A program made the position numbers and the translations under genes. This document shows positions 52,939 through 64,000 of a stretch of DNA of 64,000 nt, in pieces. The stretch is taken from NCBI RefSeq assembly GCF_009914755.1, contig NC_060929.1; one strand, 5' to 3'. Position 1 is the stretch's first letter; every line of letters begins with the position of its first letter. Below the pieces are notes generated by a model. That model was not told the DNA's origin. It was given only the letters and a program-made list of their open reading frames with translations, and ran no database searches. Source of the stretch: the human T2T-CHM13v2.0 reference genome, Homo sapiens.

Positions 52939-55250
52939 TAATATGGTTTGGCTGTGTCCCCACCCAAAATCTCATCTTCAATTATAATCCCCATAATCAC
53001 CAAATGTCAAGGGTGGGACCAAAGGTGGAGGTAATAGGATCATGGAGTGGTTTCCCTCATACTGTTCTGGTGATGGTGAGTGAGTCTTATGAGATCCGAT
53101 GGGTTTATAAGCATCTGCATTTCCCCTCCTTACACTTCACCTTCTTGCCGCCCTGTGAAAGTGCCTTTCTTCCCCTTCGTCCTCTGCCATGATTTTAAGT
53201 TTCCTGAGGCTTTCCCAGCTGTGTGGAACTGTCAGTCAATTAAACCTGTTATCTTTATAAATTACCCAGTCTTGGCTATTTCTTCACAGCATCACGAGAA
53301 TGGACTAACACAGTAAATTGGCACTGGGAGTGGGGTGCTGTTGTAAAGATACCTGAAAACACGGAAGTGACTTTAGAACTGGGTAATGGGCAGACGTTGG
53401 GACAGTTTGGAGGACTCTGAAGAAGACAAGAATGATGTGGGAAAGTTTGGAACTTCCTAGAGACTTTTTGAATGGCTTTGACAATAATGCTGATAATATG
53501 AGCAATGAAGTCCAGGCTGAGGTAGTCTTAGATGGAGATGAGGAACTTCTTGGGAACTAGAATAAACATCACTCTTGCTATGCTTTAGCAAAGAGACTGG
53601 CAGCATTTTGCCCCTGTCCTAGAGATCTGTGGAACTTTGAACTTGAGAGAGATGATTTAGGGTATCTGGTGGAAGAAATTTCAAAGTGGCAAAGGGTTCA
53701 AGAGGAAGCAGAACATAAAAGTTTGTAAAACTTGCAGCCTGTCAATGGAATAGAAAAGAAAAACCAATTTTCTGAAGAGAAATTCAAGCTGGCTGCAGAA
53801 ATTTGCATAAATAGCGAGGAACCAAATGTTAATCACTAAGACAATGGGGAAAATGTCTCCAGGACATGTCAGAGACCTTCACAGCAGTTCCTCCCATCAC
53901 AGGCCCAGAGGCCTAGGAGGGAAAAATGGTTTCCTGGGCCAGGGCCAGGGCCCTCCTGCTGTGTGCAGCCTAGGGACTTGGTGCCCTGTGTCCCAGCTGC
54001 TTCACCTCCAGTCATGGCTAAAAGGCACCAAGGTACAGCTTGGGCCATTGCTTTAGAGGGTGAAAGCCCCAAATTCCACATGGTGTTGAGTTTGTGGTTG
54101 CACAGAAGCCAAGAATTGAAGTTTGGGAACCTGTGTCTAGATTTCAGAGGATGTATGGAAATGCCTGGACGTCCAGACCGAAGTTTGCTGCAGGGGTGGA
54201 GCCATCATCGAGAACCTCTGCTAGCACAGTGCAGAAGGGAAATGTGGGGTTGGACACCCCGCCTCCCCCCCCCACACACAGAATCCTCACTGGGGCACTG
54301 TGTAATGAAGCTGTGAGAAGAGGGCTACCATCCTTCAGACCCGAGAATGGTAGATCTACCTACAGCTTGCACCGTGCACCTGGAAAAGCCACAGGCACTC
54401 AATGCCAGCTCATGAAAGCAGCTGGGTGGGGATCTGTACCCTGAAAAGCCATAGGGACAGAGTGACCCAAGGCTGTGGGAGCCCACCTCTTGCATCAGCA
54501 TGTTGTGGATGTGAGACAAGGAGTCAAAGGAGATCATTTTGGAACTTTAAGTTTTAATGACTGCCTTATTGGATTTCAAACTTGCATGGGGCCTGTAGCC
54601 TCTTTATGTAGGCCAATTTCTCTTACTTGTAATGGGTGTAGTTACCCAACACTTCTACCCCCATTGTATCAAGGAAGCAACTAACTTGCTTTTAATGTTA
54701 CAGGTTCAGAGGCAGAAGAGTCTTGCCTTGTCTCAGATGAGACATTGGGCTGTGGACTTTTGAGTTAATGCTGGAAAGAGTTAAGACTTTGGGAGACTGT
54801 TGGAAAGGCACGAGTGTGTTTTGAAATGTGAGGACATGAGATTTGGGAGGGGCTGGAGTGGAATGATATGGTTTGGCTGTGTCCCTGCACAAAAATCTCA
54901 TCTTGAATTATAATCTCCATAATCCCCATGGGTCAAGGGTGGGACCAAGGGTGGAGGTAATTGCATCATGGGGGCAGTTTCTCCCACACTATTCCCGTAG
55001 GATAGTGAGTGAGCTCTCATGAGATCTGATGGATTTATAAGTGTCTGGCATTTATTTCCCCTGCTCGCACTTCCTCTTCCTATCACCCTGTGAAGAAGGT
55101 GCCTTTCTTCCCCTTCACCTTGTGTCATGATTGTAAGTTTCCTGAGGCCCTTCCAGTAATGTGGAACTGTGAGTCAATTAAAACTCTTTTCTTTATAAAT
55201 TACCCACTTTTTGGTATTTCTTCATAGCAGTGTGAGAACAGACTAATACA
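52939..55250 (+). mobile_element. Near-complete THE1 (THE1D-like) MaLR provirus: LTR 52939-53312, internal 53313-54863, LTR 54864-55250
   Basis: Two direct LTRs; internal region begins GTAAATTGG; polypurine tract GGGAGGGGCTGGAGTGGAA before the 3' LTR; TSD CCAAT/TCAAT; internal ORF broken into short frames. Confidence 0.95.
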
Positions 55251-56239
55251 TCAATTTATTGAGTTTTTTTTTAAGTTGACAACAGGTATAAATCAAAGCA
55301 CTGAGGAAATAGGTATTTTATAGAGTAGAGAGGACAATTTCCATTTCTAGAAAAAACTGAAAGTGGTTAATGAAAAAATTCGTCAACATCTTTAGGGGTT
55401 TTAACGTAATCAGAAAACAATGAGAAGTCACTGACATATATTAAGGAATGAAAAAAATATGTGATTGCTTTTGCATTTAAGGAGGACTTAAACTACCCCC
55501 ATTTAGTTAAATTAGGATTCGAAGACTGGCTGTGGGCAAACCTGATGAGCCATGACCAGCGGGCCAAGGGGTTTACTGCACATCCTTTATCCTGCTAACT
55601 GGCCCACTATATCCACTGGACATTTGCATTGATTTATATGAGTTTGATTTATCTTTATTTGGTTGATTGTTTTCCTGAAGGAAAAAAAAAGAATTCTGGT
55701 GAGAAATGAATGAGAGAAGAGATGGGAAAAGATAGGGAATGGACAGAAGTGAACAGAGTCTGTTTCTCTTGAGCCCGTTTCTAGGTATGGACATAGAAGT
55801 CACTTGACTTTATTGAGCTTTGGTCCAAATGAGGATAACATGAACATTCTATAATTACTTAAAAGGGAAAATTCTGGAAATGAGTCCAGAAATTAGAGTT
55901 TTCATATAGGTAAAATAAGCAGGTCAACAACAACCAAAAAAATTTAATCTATTTCTATCTTGTTGAGGTTTACTTCTATTTGTCAGAGATAAATATCTAA
56001 AGAGATGCAAAGAAGGTATTATTATCTGCTTTCATGGTAATCATTTTCTAATAGGCATCAAGGAAAGTAAATGCAAATGTCACCAAACCCCACAGGTCTA
56101 AACAGGAATATAGACTACTATGCACGTTTTATCATACATTAGTGTTTAATTTAAGGATAGACATTTTCTTAGAGGTGCCTTTCTTTCCTTCATTCTTCAC
56201 GGAGATGCTGTGCACTGGATTCCTCATGCTTCACTGACT

Positions 56240-57080
56240 TAGAAATGCTTTGTACATTATTTTTTCCTGTGTCTTCAGGCCTTCTTCTCCTCTTTCATTT
56301 AAGTCTCCAACAGTTTCTATTAAAAAAAAAGACAACTTTACAAATCACAGTTTCTTGCCCCTCTCCCTCCCATCAAATGACTACTATTCAAAGTCATCCT
56401 TGATTGAAAAATTTGTGTATATTCTCTCATTTTCATTTCCCATCACCAAATGACATTTAGTATTCTATTAGGCTTATGCTACTACTGCTCTTTTGAAAAT
56501 ACTTTCCTGAAATACACATATCTCCAATCAGCAATAGCTTTTGGATCTTACCTGCCCTGACTTCTCTGTGCTCTTCACCACTTTGCAATACTTGGGATTC
56601 TCACTTTCTTTGACTTTCAGTCGTCATTTTCTCTTGCTTCTCTATTAATCTGGCTATCCTTTCCAAGTCTTCTTTGCTGGCTCCTTCTTTTCCATGGAGT
56701 GTTTAAATACAGATAATTTCTAGATTTTCATCTTATTGTGCATAATCTCCCTGCAGCATCTCATCCACTGGCGGATATCAAGTACCATCCACTTACTACA
56801 GATGCCATATGATGCTCTTATATTGACCTCTCTCCTGAATGTATTATCAGTATTAATACCAAGATAGGTGCATAACTTGCATTTGAAAGCAAAATTGGTA
56901 TTATCTAACAAAATTAAATCTTCATATTGCATTCTCTGTCTCCAAGATAGAAACAGTGGAATCAACCTTGGCTAATGATTCTCCTTCACATCCTATATTT
57001 AATAATTGCCAAATTCTATTACTTCTATCACAGAAATGTTCACAATATCTGATTTTTCCTCTCATTTATTGTAGATGTCC
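56240..57080 (+). mobile_element. Degenerate L2 body
   Basis: Pyrimidine-rich, with CATCTCATCCAC...TCAAGTACCATC and GACCTCTCTCCTGAA motifs. Confidence 0.6.
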
Positions 57081-57919
57081 TTAGCCTCATTCAAGCATTC
57101 CATGTAGAGATACTACTTGTCTGGGATGGAGGATCTTGCATTTGAATTAAGGAGACATAACTACTAATGAGTAACAATGTGTGTCAAGGTAAGCACAAGG
57201 AACTTTGGAAGGCTAGATGAGGACATTTATCCAATATGCCTTTCTTCCCTGATCTCAGCTATTGCAATAGCCTCCTCACTTCTCTCCTGGTCAGCAAAAT
57301 TTCCTCCTCATCCATGCTCCAACCTTCTTTCATATTGCATCCAGAATATTCTTCCACAGAAACTGCATGATTCAGCTTCACTTATTAAAAATCTCTTTGG
57401 GGTTCCCATTGCCTAAGCAGGAATTTATAATCTGGGTTTTAGATTTCTATGAAATCCCGTAACAAATTGTGGATATACACATGTGTATTTTTGGGACAAG
57501 GTCAACACATGCTGAACCACCAAAATTTAAACACCATCAACCAACAATATAAAACACAAGCTCCTGTAGTCTATACATTCAATTGTACGTTTTACTCATA
57601 TTTTACTTATCCAGCTCCTTTTCTTTCTTCTCTCCATTAAATCAATCCTATTCCCAGGTACATCAGACATTTCCCAGATACTCTTGATGTTTTAATGCTT
57701 TTCTGATTTTGTACATGCTGTTACATAACTTAGAAGGGAATTGTCTATCAATCACCATAACATGTTTCTATGGACTGAAGACTAATTAGAGCGTTATAAT
57801 AAGAAGCCCCAGGAGTGTTTGCCACTAGAACATCTCTGTTTTACAATATTTTTGTCCAATTTTGATAAGCTGTAGTTACCAAATGATACAATTTAATCCA
57901 CATATGATATAATTTAATC

Positions 57920-58065
57920 CTCTATGACTGTCAGATAGTTCTCATTGGTCCTGTTTTCTGATAAGGGACTAGCACATCTCAGTTGCTTAAAAAAATTTAG
58001 TGCTTAGTATATTGCCTGATGCATGAAAGTCGCTCAATACAAGTTAGTTGAATGAATTAATAAAT
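57920..58065 (+). mobile_element. L2 3' end
   Basis: TGCCTGATGCATGAAAGTCGCTCAATACAAGTTAGTTGAATGAATTAATAAATG. Confidence 0.6.
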
Positions 58066-58859
58066 GCAAAAGAAATGCAGAGGCTATGTATTGGGCAAGA
58101 CCATGTTTCTGACATTAATTCTGGTGAGAGGAGGTAAAAAGTAAAGCATGGGCACTTTTAGCAATAAATGATGTATTTGAAATAAATAAATAAATTCTTA
58201 AGAGTATAAATATGAGGCCCAGCTTGATTCAAGCATGTATTAGGAACTTCTGAGAAAATAAATGTTAACCCTCAATAAAATGTTGGAGGGAGATAATTAC
58301 TCACTGGTTGGATTCTGTGCCATTTATTTTTCTCATCTGCCAGTCCCTAATATATTTTAGTAAAGGTACTATACACTAAGTGCTAAAGAAAATAATTTTT
58401 TGAGACTTAATCCTAAATGTTTTGAAAGCCAATAAAGAAGATACTGTAACAGTACAGGAGTAAGTGTTATAGCTCAGAGTAAAGCCATGGAGATAATGAG
58501 AACAACACAGTGCCTAGACATTTACAGGGAAAACTCACTTAGATCCAGTGGTGGCTGAATGTGAAAACTGATCAAAAGACAAAGTAAAGATGATAACCAG
58601 ATGGAAGTCAGCTGTGCTGCCTGTGGTATTCAGAATGATGAAGAAAGTGTGTTTGTGTGGTGGAGAAAGGTAAGGAGTAGCATAATGAAATCTTTACTGG
58701 ACCCTATGAAGGGCTCAATTTAAAATACTATGTAAGCAAACAAGTTGATTTAGAGTAACTTTGTTTTAAAGTCAATATAAAATAAGCTATAAGATACAGG
58801 CACATCAATAAATGCAAGAATGATTAATTAAAAGGATAATGTGGTAGTCATTGTACATG

Positions 58860-59095
58860 TATCATTTACTGAGTCCTTATTTATGTGCTAGGCATGGTAC
58901 TGAATGTCATCTCTTTTACTTTCCCAACAACCCTATGAGGAAGGTATTTTTATTATCTCAGTATTACAAGTAAGGAAACTGAGGCTTAGAGACATTAAGA
59001 AACTTGCCCAAAGTCACATAGCTGAAATGAAGCAGAGCAGGAGCATGGATATGGGAACTTTTATTCAGCCTTCCAGGTTTTCAATTAATACCATT
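58860..59095 (-). mobile_element. MIR (MIRb-like) SINE
   Basis: CAACAACCCTATGAGGAAGGTA...GGAAACTGAGGCTTAGAGACATTAAGAAACTTGCCCAAAGTCACATAGCT. Confidence 0.88.
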
Positions 59096-59529
59096 ATATT
59101 CTTCCTTCTTAGGCTATTTAATAAACAATTCTAGATTTACTTGTATGTGTTTTTAAGGTCTTAATAACATTTTAGTAATGGATTTAATGTTGAGAGTTTA
59201 TTAAAGATTGTGTCCAATAGTTCTGACAGACAGTATGAAAAAGTATCTGCTCTCTTGCATTGCTGAGAGTTTGTTCTCCACTGCTATGTTTTCATTTGAA
59301 TAGTTTTTCCTTATAAACACAGTTTAAGTACAGCATGCATAGTCTATCCTAATATTTGAACTGCTTTTTAAAGCTACTTTAATGGATATTCTCCATAATT
59401 ATGTTTCTTTTTATCTCAATATTTATAATTCTATAAATCTAACCTTTTTACAATCGCATTTTGATTTGTGCAATCTATCTGCATATTTGAGTTCACTCTC
59501 ATTCCAAAGTTTCTTTAGGACTAATTGTG

Positions 59530-59531
<2 letters not shown>

Positions 59532-59575
<44 letters not shown>
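59532..59575. repeat. Perfect (GT)22 microsatellite
   Basis: 44 bp of uninterrupted GT. Confidence 0.97.
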
Positions 59576-59583
<8 letters not shown>

Positions 59584-61350
59584 TTGGAGTTAATAAGCTT
59601 AGATACTAGGGGGGAAAACACTGGAAAGATTATACCACAGATAATTAATAAAAATCAATTAGTTTGTTAATGAGTACTCTGTCAGTACCCAAGGTGCTGG
59701 AAACCAGCTGGGGGAAGGAAATCAGGATCCCTGAATAGGACATTTAGAATGCTTGAGTCCTGCTGAGAATTTGAGAGGAAATAACTATAAGAAGCACTAC
59801 TTGGGTTAAAACTGGCTAAATTTCCTCTTGAGGTTACAATTCCTCCAGCCAATAAATCTAGTAAAAAAGTGATTCACCTTTAGTGTATGCCATAAAGCAT
59901 TTTCTGAGGCCTTAAGTACATTGCTCACTGCCCTGTATTAAAAACAAACCCATAGTTGTAAATGTCAATGACTAAGAATATTATAGCCCTTGCATCTTTC
60001 TTATGTTAGTAGAAAAGCTGGAAGCACCCATTACCTCTTCTATGACTTTTTACACTGTATTTATGTAAATGGCAAAAGTCAAACATGAGCTGACAGGGAA
60101 ATACAAAATCTGTCTTCCAGTGGTCTTTGGACGAAAAAGCAGAAAATTCCAGTGACAGCAACTGACTTTCGTCAAAAGTTTTTTTCAGAACAACTCATTC
60201 TTTCTATTGTTAATTATATCTGTGTTAAGATTATACTTTCTCTTCCTATGTAATTATGAATTATTTATGGGAGTAATGCAGAAGAGGGGATTTGCATATA
60301 AATAAATTAAATAAATTTAGCTTACCATAGGGTGACCACTTAAAACTATAATTTCTGTTTCATGTATCTTCTTCTAAGAATCGAGGAAGAAAAGCTAAAT
60401 ATATTCTAGTAGATTCATAGCTTTCATATAAATTTGTACATACAGTTTTATTGTAAATATCTTTCACAAGTATCCTATAATTGTCATAAATGTCAATATG
60501 ACTGCTAAAAAGCCTCCCTTTTGGATAAAGAATAGAGGCTCAAAGATGTTTATAATTTTGGTTACCTTTTTATAACAGAAGTGTTCAATAGTCTATGAAG
60601 TGAATTAATAATATGGTATAAGATGTATGAATTTTCTATTGAAAAGTTGTACCTAATAACTCCCTCTCAGTATGAGGTCATAGGGGTAGAAGATCATTGA
60701 TTTAACTTACTCAACTCTAACTTTCATGGATAACATATTCCTTTAATTACCTGCAAAATGTCTGGGTAGTGAAACAGAGCTCATACATTAGTAGGAGAGA
60801 AAATACACTGAATACAAATAAACGATTCTTTAAGCATGTCTATTTTTAGTCAACTAAATAAGTTAAGGCTTTTTTCCCCTCACATATATGTTACTACAGT
60901 TCCTTTTATAATATGCACAACTATGTACTAAAAACTGCATTAGTACAATCAGAAAAAGTGGTATCTATACCAGTTTAAGCAAATTAGATTATGGTTTCCT
61001 TTTTAGCACTCTCTTAATTTTGAGATATTTCCTCTAGTACATTTTTAATTACAAGGCAATAGTAGTAGTCTCAATTCCCTGACCTTACAATTCTTTTAAA
61101 GCATGAGATTTTTCAAATGTTCTGGCTTCCAGGTACATATAAAATGCAATTATGCTGTCTTTCAAAATATTTTGAAAAATGAAGAATGCATCTTATATTT
61201 ATTTTAGAAATATAGCTATGTTCACACACACGAATGAGGAAGTCATCTGTGAATAGGTAAATTGTTGGAGCACATATATTGTTAGATTTATAATATCCCA
61301 TTTAACTTTTGCAATATCCCATCAAGAAATTGAATATTACTTAATGAACA

Positions 61351-61699
61351 CTGTAGTCCCACCTTATTTGCCAGGAATATGTTCCAAGGCCCCCAGTGGA
61401 TGCCTGAAATTGTAGATAATATCAAGCCCTATATATGCTACATTTTTTCCATCTGATAAGTGACAAATGGATGGGTAGCATGAACAGTGTAGGTATGCTA
61501 GACAAAGAGATGAGTCACTTCCTGGATGGGATGAGCAGGAGGGCATCAGGTTTCATATGGCTACTTAGAATGGCACACAATTTAAAATTTATGAATTTTT
61601 ATATCTGAAATATTTCATTTAATATTTTCAGATCGCAGTTGACTTCAGGTAACTGAAACCACAGAAAGTGAAACTGAAGATAAGGGAGGAGGACTACAG
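61351..61699 (-). mobile_element. MER44A (Tigger7-derived) MITE
   Basis: Terminal inverted repeats CTGTAGTCC...GGACTACAG; GTTCCAAGGCCCCCAGTGGATGCCTGAAA; GGTAACTGAAACCACAGAAAGTGAAAC. Confidence 0.88.
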
Positions 61700-62067
61700 T
61701 AGCTGTGTGACTTTTTCACAAAATTAATCATTATAATCAAAGAACAAAATACTGCAGTAGTCAAGTATGTTTGAATCTTAGGGTTTCAGACCATTTTCCT
61801 TTCTCAGTTTTCTATCTCAGAGTGTAAGAGTACATATAGCCTGGAAACGACATAAATACAATAAAAAGAACAAGATATAAAAAGTCTTTACTAATTGATT
61901 AAAAAGAAAAGGTTAAGGACCACGTGGAAATCAAGTTATGTTTATGAGTTCTGAGAATGACAACATGTTCAGAAGGAAATAGTTTTAATTCTATGAAATT
62001 TAAGTTTCTATTTCTAGTTTTTGAATGTAACTCTTTGAATATTGTCCTTAGTTTTGTTTTCTTGTTC

Positions 62068-62200
62068 TTTTATTTTATTTTTAATTGACACATCAGAATT
62101 GTACATAGTCATGGGGTACACTATGATGCTTTGATATAGGTATACAAAGTAGATGAAGAAGACACAAGTAAATGGAAATATATTCCACATTCATGGATTG
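62068..62200 (-). mobile_element. Tiny bipartite L1M insertion: antisense 3' end joined to a sense ORF2 piece
   Basis: TTTTTAATTGACACATCAGAATTGTACATAGTCATGGGGTACA (antisense L1MA/PB terminus) then GAAGAAGACACAAGTAAATGGAAATATATTCCACATTCATGGATTG (sense ORF2, EEDTSKWKYIPHSWI). Confidence 0.7.
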
Positions 62201-63246
62201 TTTTTCAAACGCTAATTGTATTTATTTTAGAAATGTAGAAATAGTCACAAATAGAAATTAGTATTTGATAAGTGCTGAGTCTCTGTACTAAATTAGCTCA
62301 CCTGATTATGTGAATCATTTAATGTTTGATTTAGCTGATAAGACTGGTCAATATTAATATTATAAATATTATATACCATTCTCATATCATGCTAACATAA
62401 GAAACAATAAAATTTTAAAAGAAAAATATTGTTTGATAGATTGTAAAATGAGAAAGCCAACTGGCTATTTTGGATAAAAATGAGCAGGTCAACAAGGTCC
62501 TAATGGGTTTACTACAGTTTAGTCAGACTCTCAGTTTAACATTTACAGAAATCCAATTTGAAAATTTATTCAATTATTATTAACTTCTTAAGGTCTGACT
62601 TTAGTTTAACTGTGAGCACTTGAACTTAAAAGACACTGAATTGTAAACCATGATGTCCATTTATTTATTCACGAAATATGCGTCATTTACATAGGATGCT
62701 CCTTCCTTGTGCTCAAAACTACACAGGGAGAATACTGTGTGGTGAGCATCAAGTTAAAATAAGTAAAATGAGATTTTGAATTGTTATCAAACTAGCTGAA
62801 CTGGACAAGATATCATTCTGTAGTCTAAAGATAATTTTACCTATACACCCAATATTGGCTGAATTTCTAGAGCCCATTTCAAATACAGTGGATCAGGATT
62901 ACCAGGGATGGGACCAAAAATCTTTTAACAGTGTCTCTGATTATTCTTTCCATGACATAAATAATAAGCTTTGAAAACACTGGCATGATGAATCAGCTCT
63001 TCTCCTTGATTCTTCTTTTCAAATATAGCTCACACAGATTCTGCCTTCTGTTACCAGGTTGCTAAGGTTAAAATTTTATTTTAATGATAGTTCATCACTG
63101 AGAATATTTTTAGTGCCTATGATTTGTCTGAGAAATCAGTATAGTTTTTGATTTATAGAAACTCAGGAAGTACCATAGTGTCCGTAGTACCACATCTATA
63201 AACCCTCTACTGAGAGGTTATTTTGCAGATGATTGGTCTTGTCTAT

Positions 63247-63540
63247 TAATGCCAGCACTTTGAAAGGCTGAGGCGGGTGGATCACCTGAGGTCGGGAGTT
63301 TGAGACCAGCCTGACCAACATGGAGAAACCCCATTTGTACTAAAAATACAAAATTAGCCAGGCGTGGTGGCGCTTGCCTGTAATACCAGCTACTCAGGAG
63401 GCTGGGGCAGAAGAATCTCTTGAATCCAGGAGGTGGAGGTTGCGGTGAGCCGAGATCACCATTGCATTCCAGCCTGGGCAACAAGAGCAAAACTCCATTT
63501 CAAAAACAAAACAAAAACAAACAAACAAACAAACAAAAAA
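63247..63540 (+). mobile_element. AluSp-like element lacking about the first 30 bp, with (AAAC)n tail
   Basis: GAGGTCGGGAGTT and CCTGACCAACATGGAGAAACCCC are AluSp-type; tail converted to AAAAC/AAAC repeats. Confidence 0.93.
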
Positions 63541-63949
63541 CTACTCCAATTTCAATGGTAAATTTTGTCTGACCTATCCCTAAGTACAGGCTATATGTAC
63601 ACTATAGTCAACAATTAGTAAACTGTGTATCCACAGTACTATTCACTAGATAAATAATGACACTGAATGTTTTAAAATTCATAATGATTCAGATTTTAAA
63701 AAAGAAATAAGGGATATGCATAAAAATATTAAAATACTATAAGATATTTTATTTTTTATAAAAATTTTTAAAGTTCAGACCAAGTTTTTACCAAGTGTGT
63801 CTGTGTCAGACTTGGGATAGTGGAGAAGAATCTTGTGTTTATTCTATTTTTTTTCTTTCTTGAAATAACAGCTGAGAGATTGTAGACCTGTAATAGCAAC
63901 AAAAGGGATATGAGAAATGAAAGGCATGCCTTTAAATCTTCAAAACTTT

Positions 63950-64000
63950 TTCATTTATTCATTCACCAAAAATGTATTGAGTCTTTATCTCCACTTTGGC
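63950..64000 (-). mobile_element. L2 3' end running off the window
   Basis: TTCATTTATTCATTCACCAAAAATGTATTGAGT. Confidence 0.5.

Noticed and set aside
53004-55128. Dense cluster of overlapping ORFs
   Set aside because: GC-richer THE1 LTR and internal sequence with frameshifts and stops; no intact MaLR ORF

Overview
AT-rich, CpG-poor primate (human-like) genomic DNA, intronic or intergenic. I see no credible protein-coding gene, tRNA/rRNA gene, CpG island or CRISPR array. The listed ORFs are short and come from repeats, low-complexity DNA or chance. The window is a mosaic of transposable elements: four Alus plus an edge fragment; L1 pieces (L1PA4-like with 5' inversion, L1MC1-like, L1MA/MB-like, short stubs); a near-complete THE1 MaLR provirus; solo LTRs (LTR1-like, THE1, MSTD, MLT1B/D, LTR33); DNA-transposon fossils (MER33/Charlie5, Tigger3a, MER5A, MER44); and many L2/MIR relics. 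Two long repeat-poor blocks (about 16.2-23.1 kb and 43.8-48.1 kb) look like conserved enhancers. The best leads are retrotransposition architectures with readable TSDs, a TSD-less L1 stub that may mark a deletion, and candidate minus-strand non-coding exons that agree with a TE orientation bias. Subfamily calls are from remembered consensus sequences, not from a search, and boundaries of old elements are approximate. I cannot support a previously undescribed biological system from the sequence alone.
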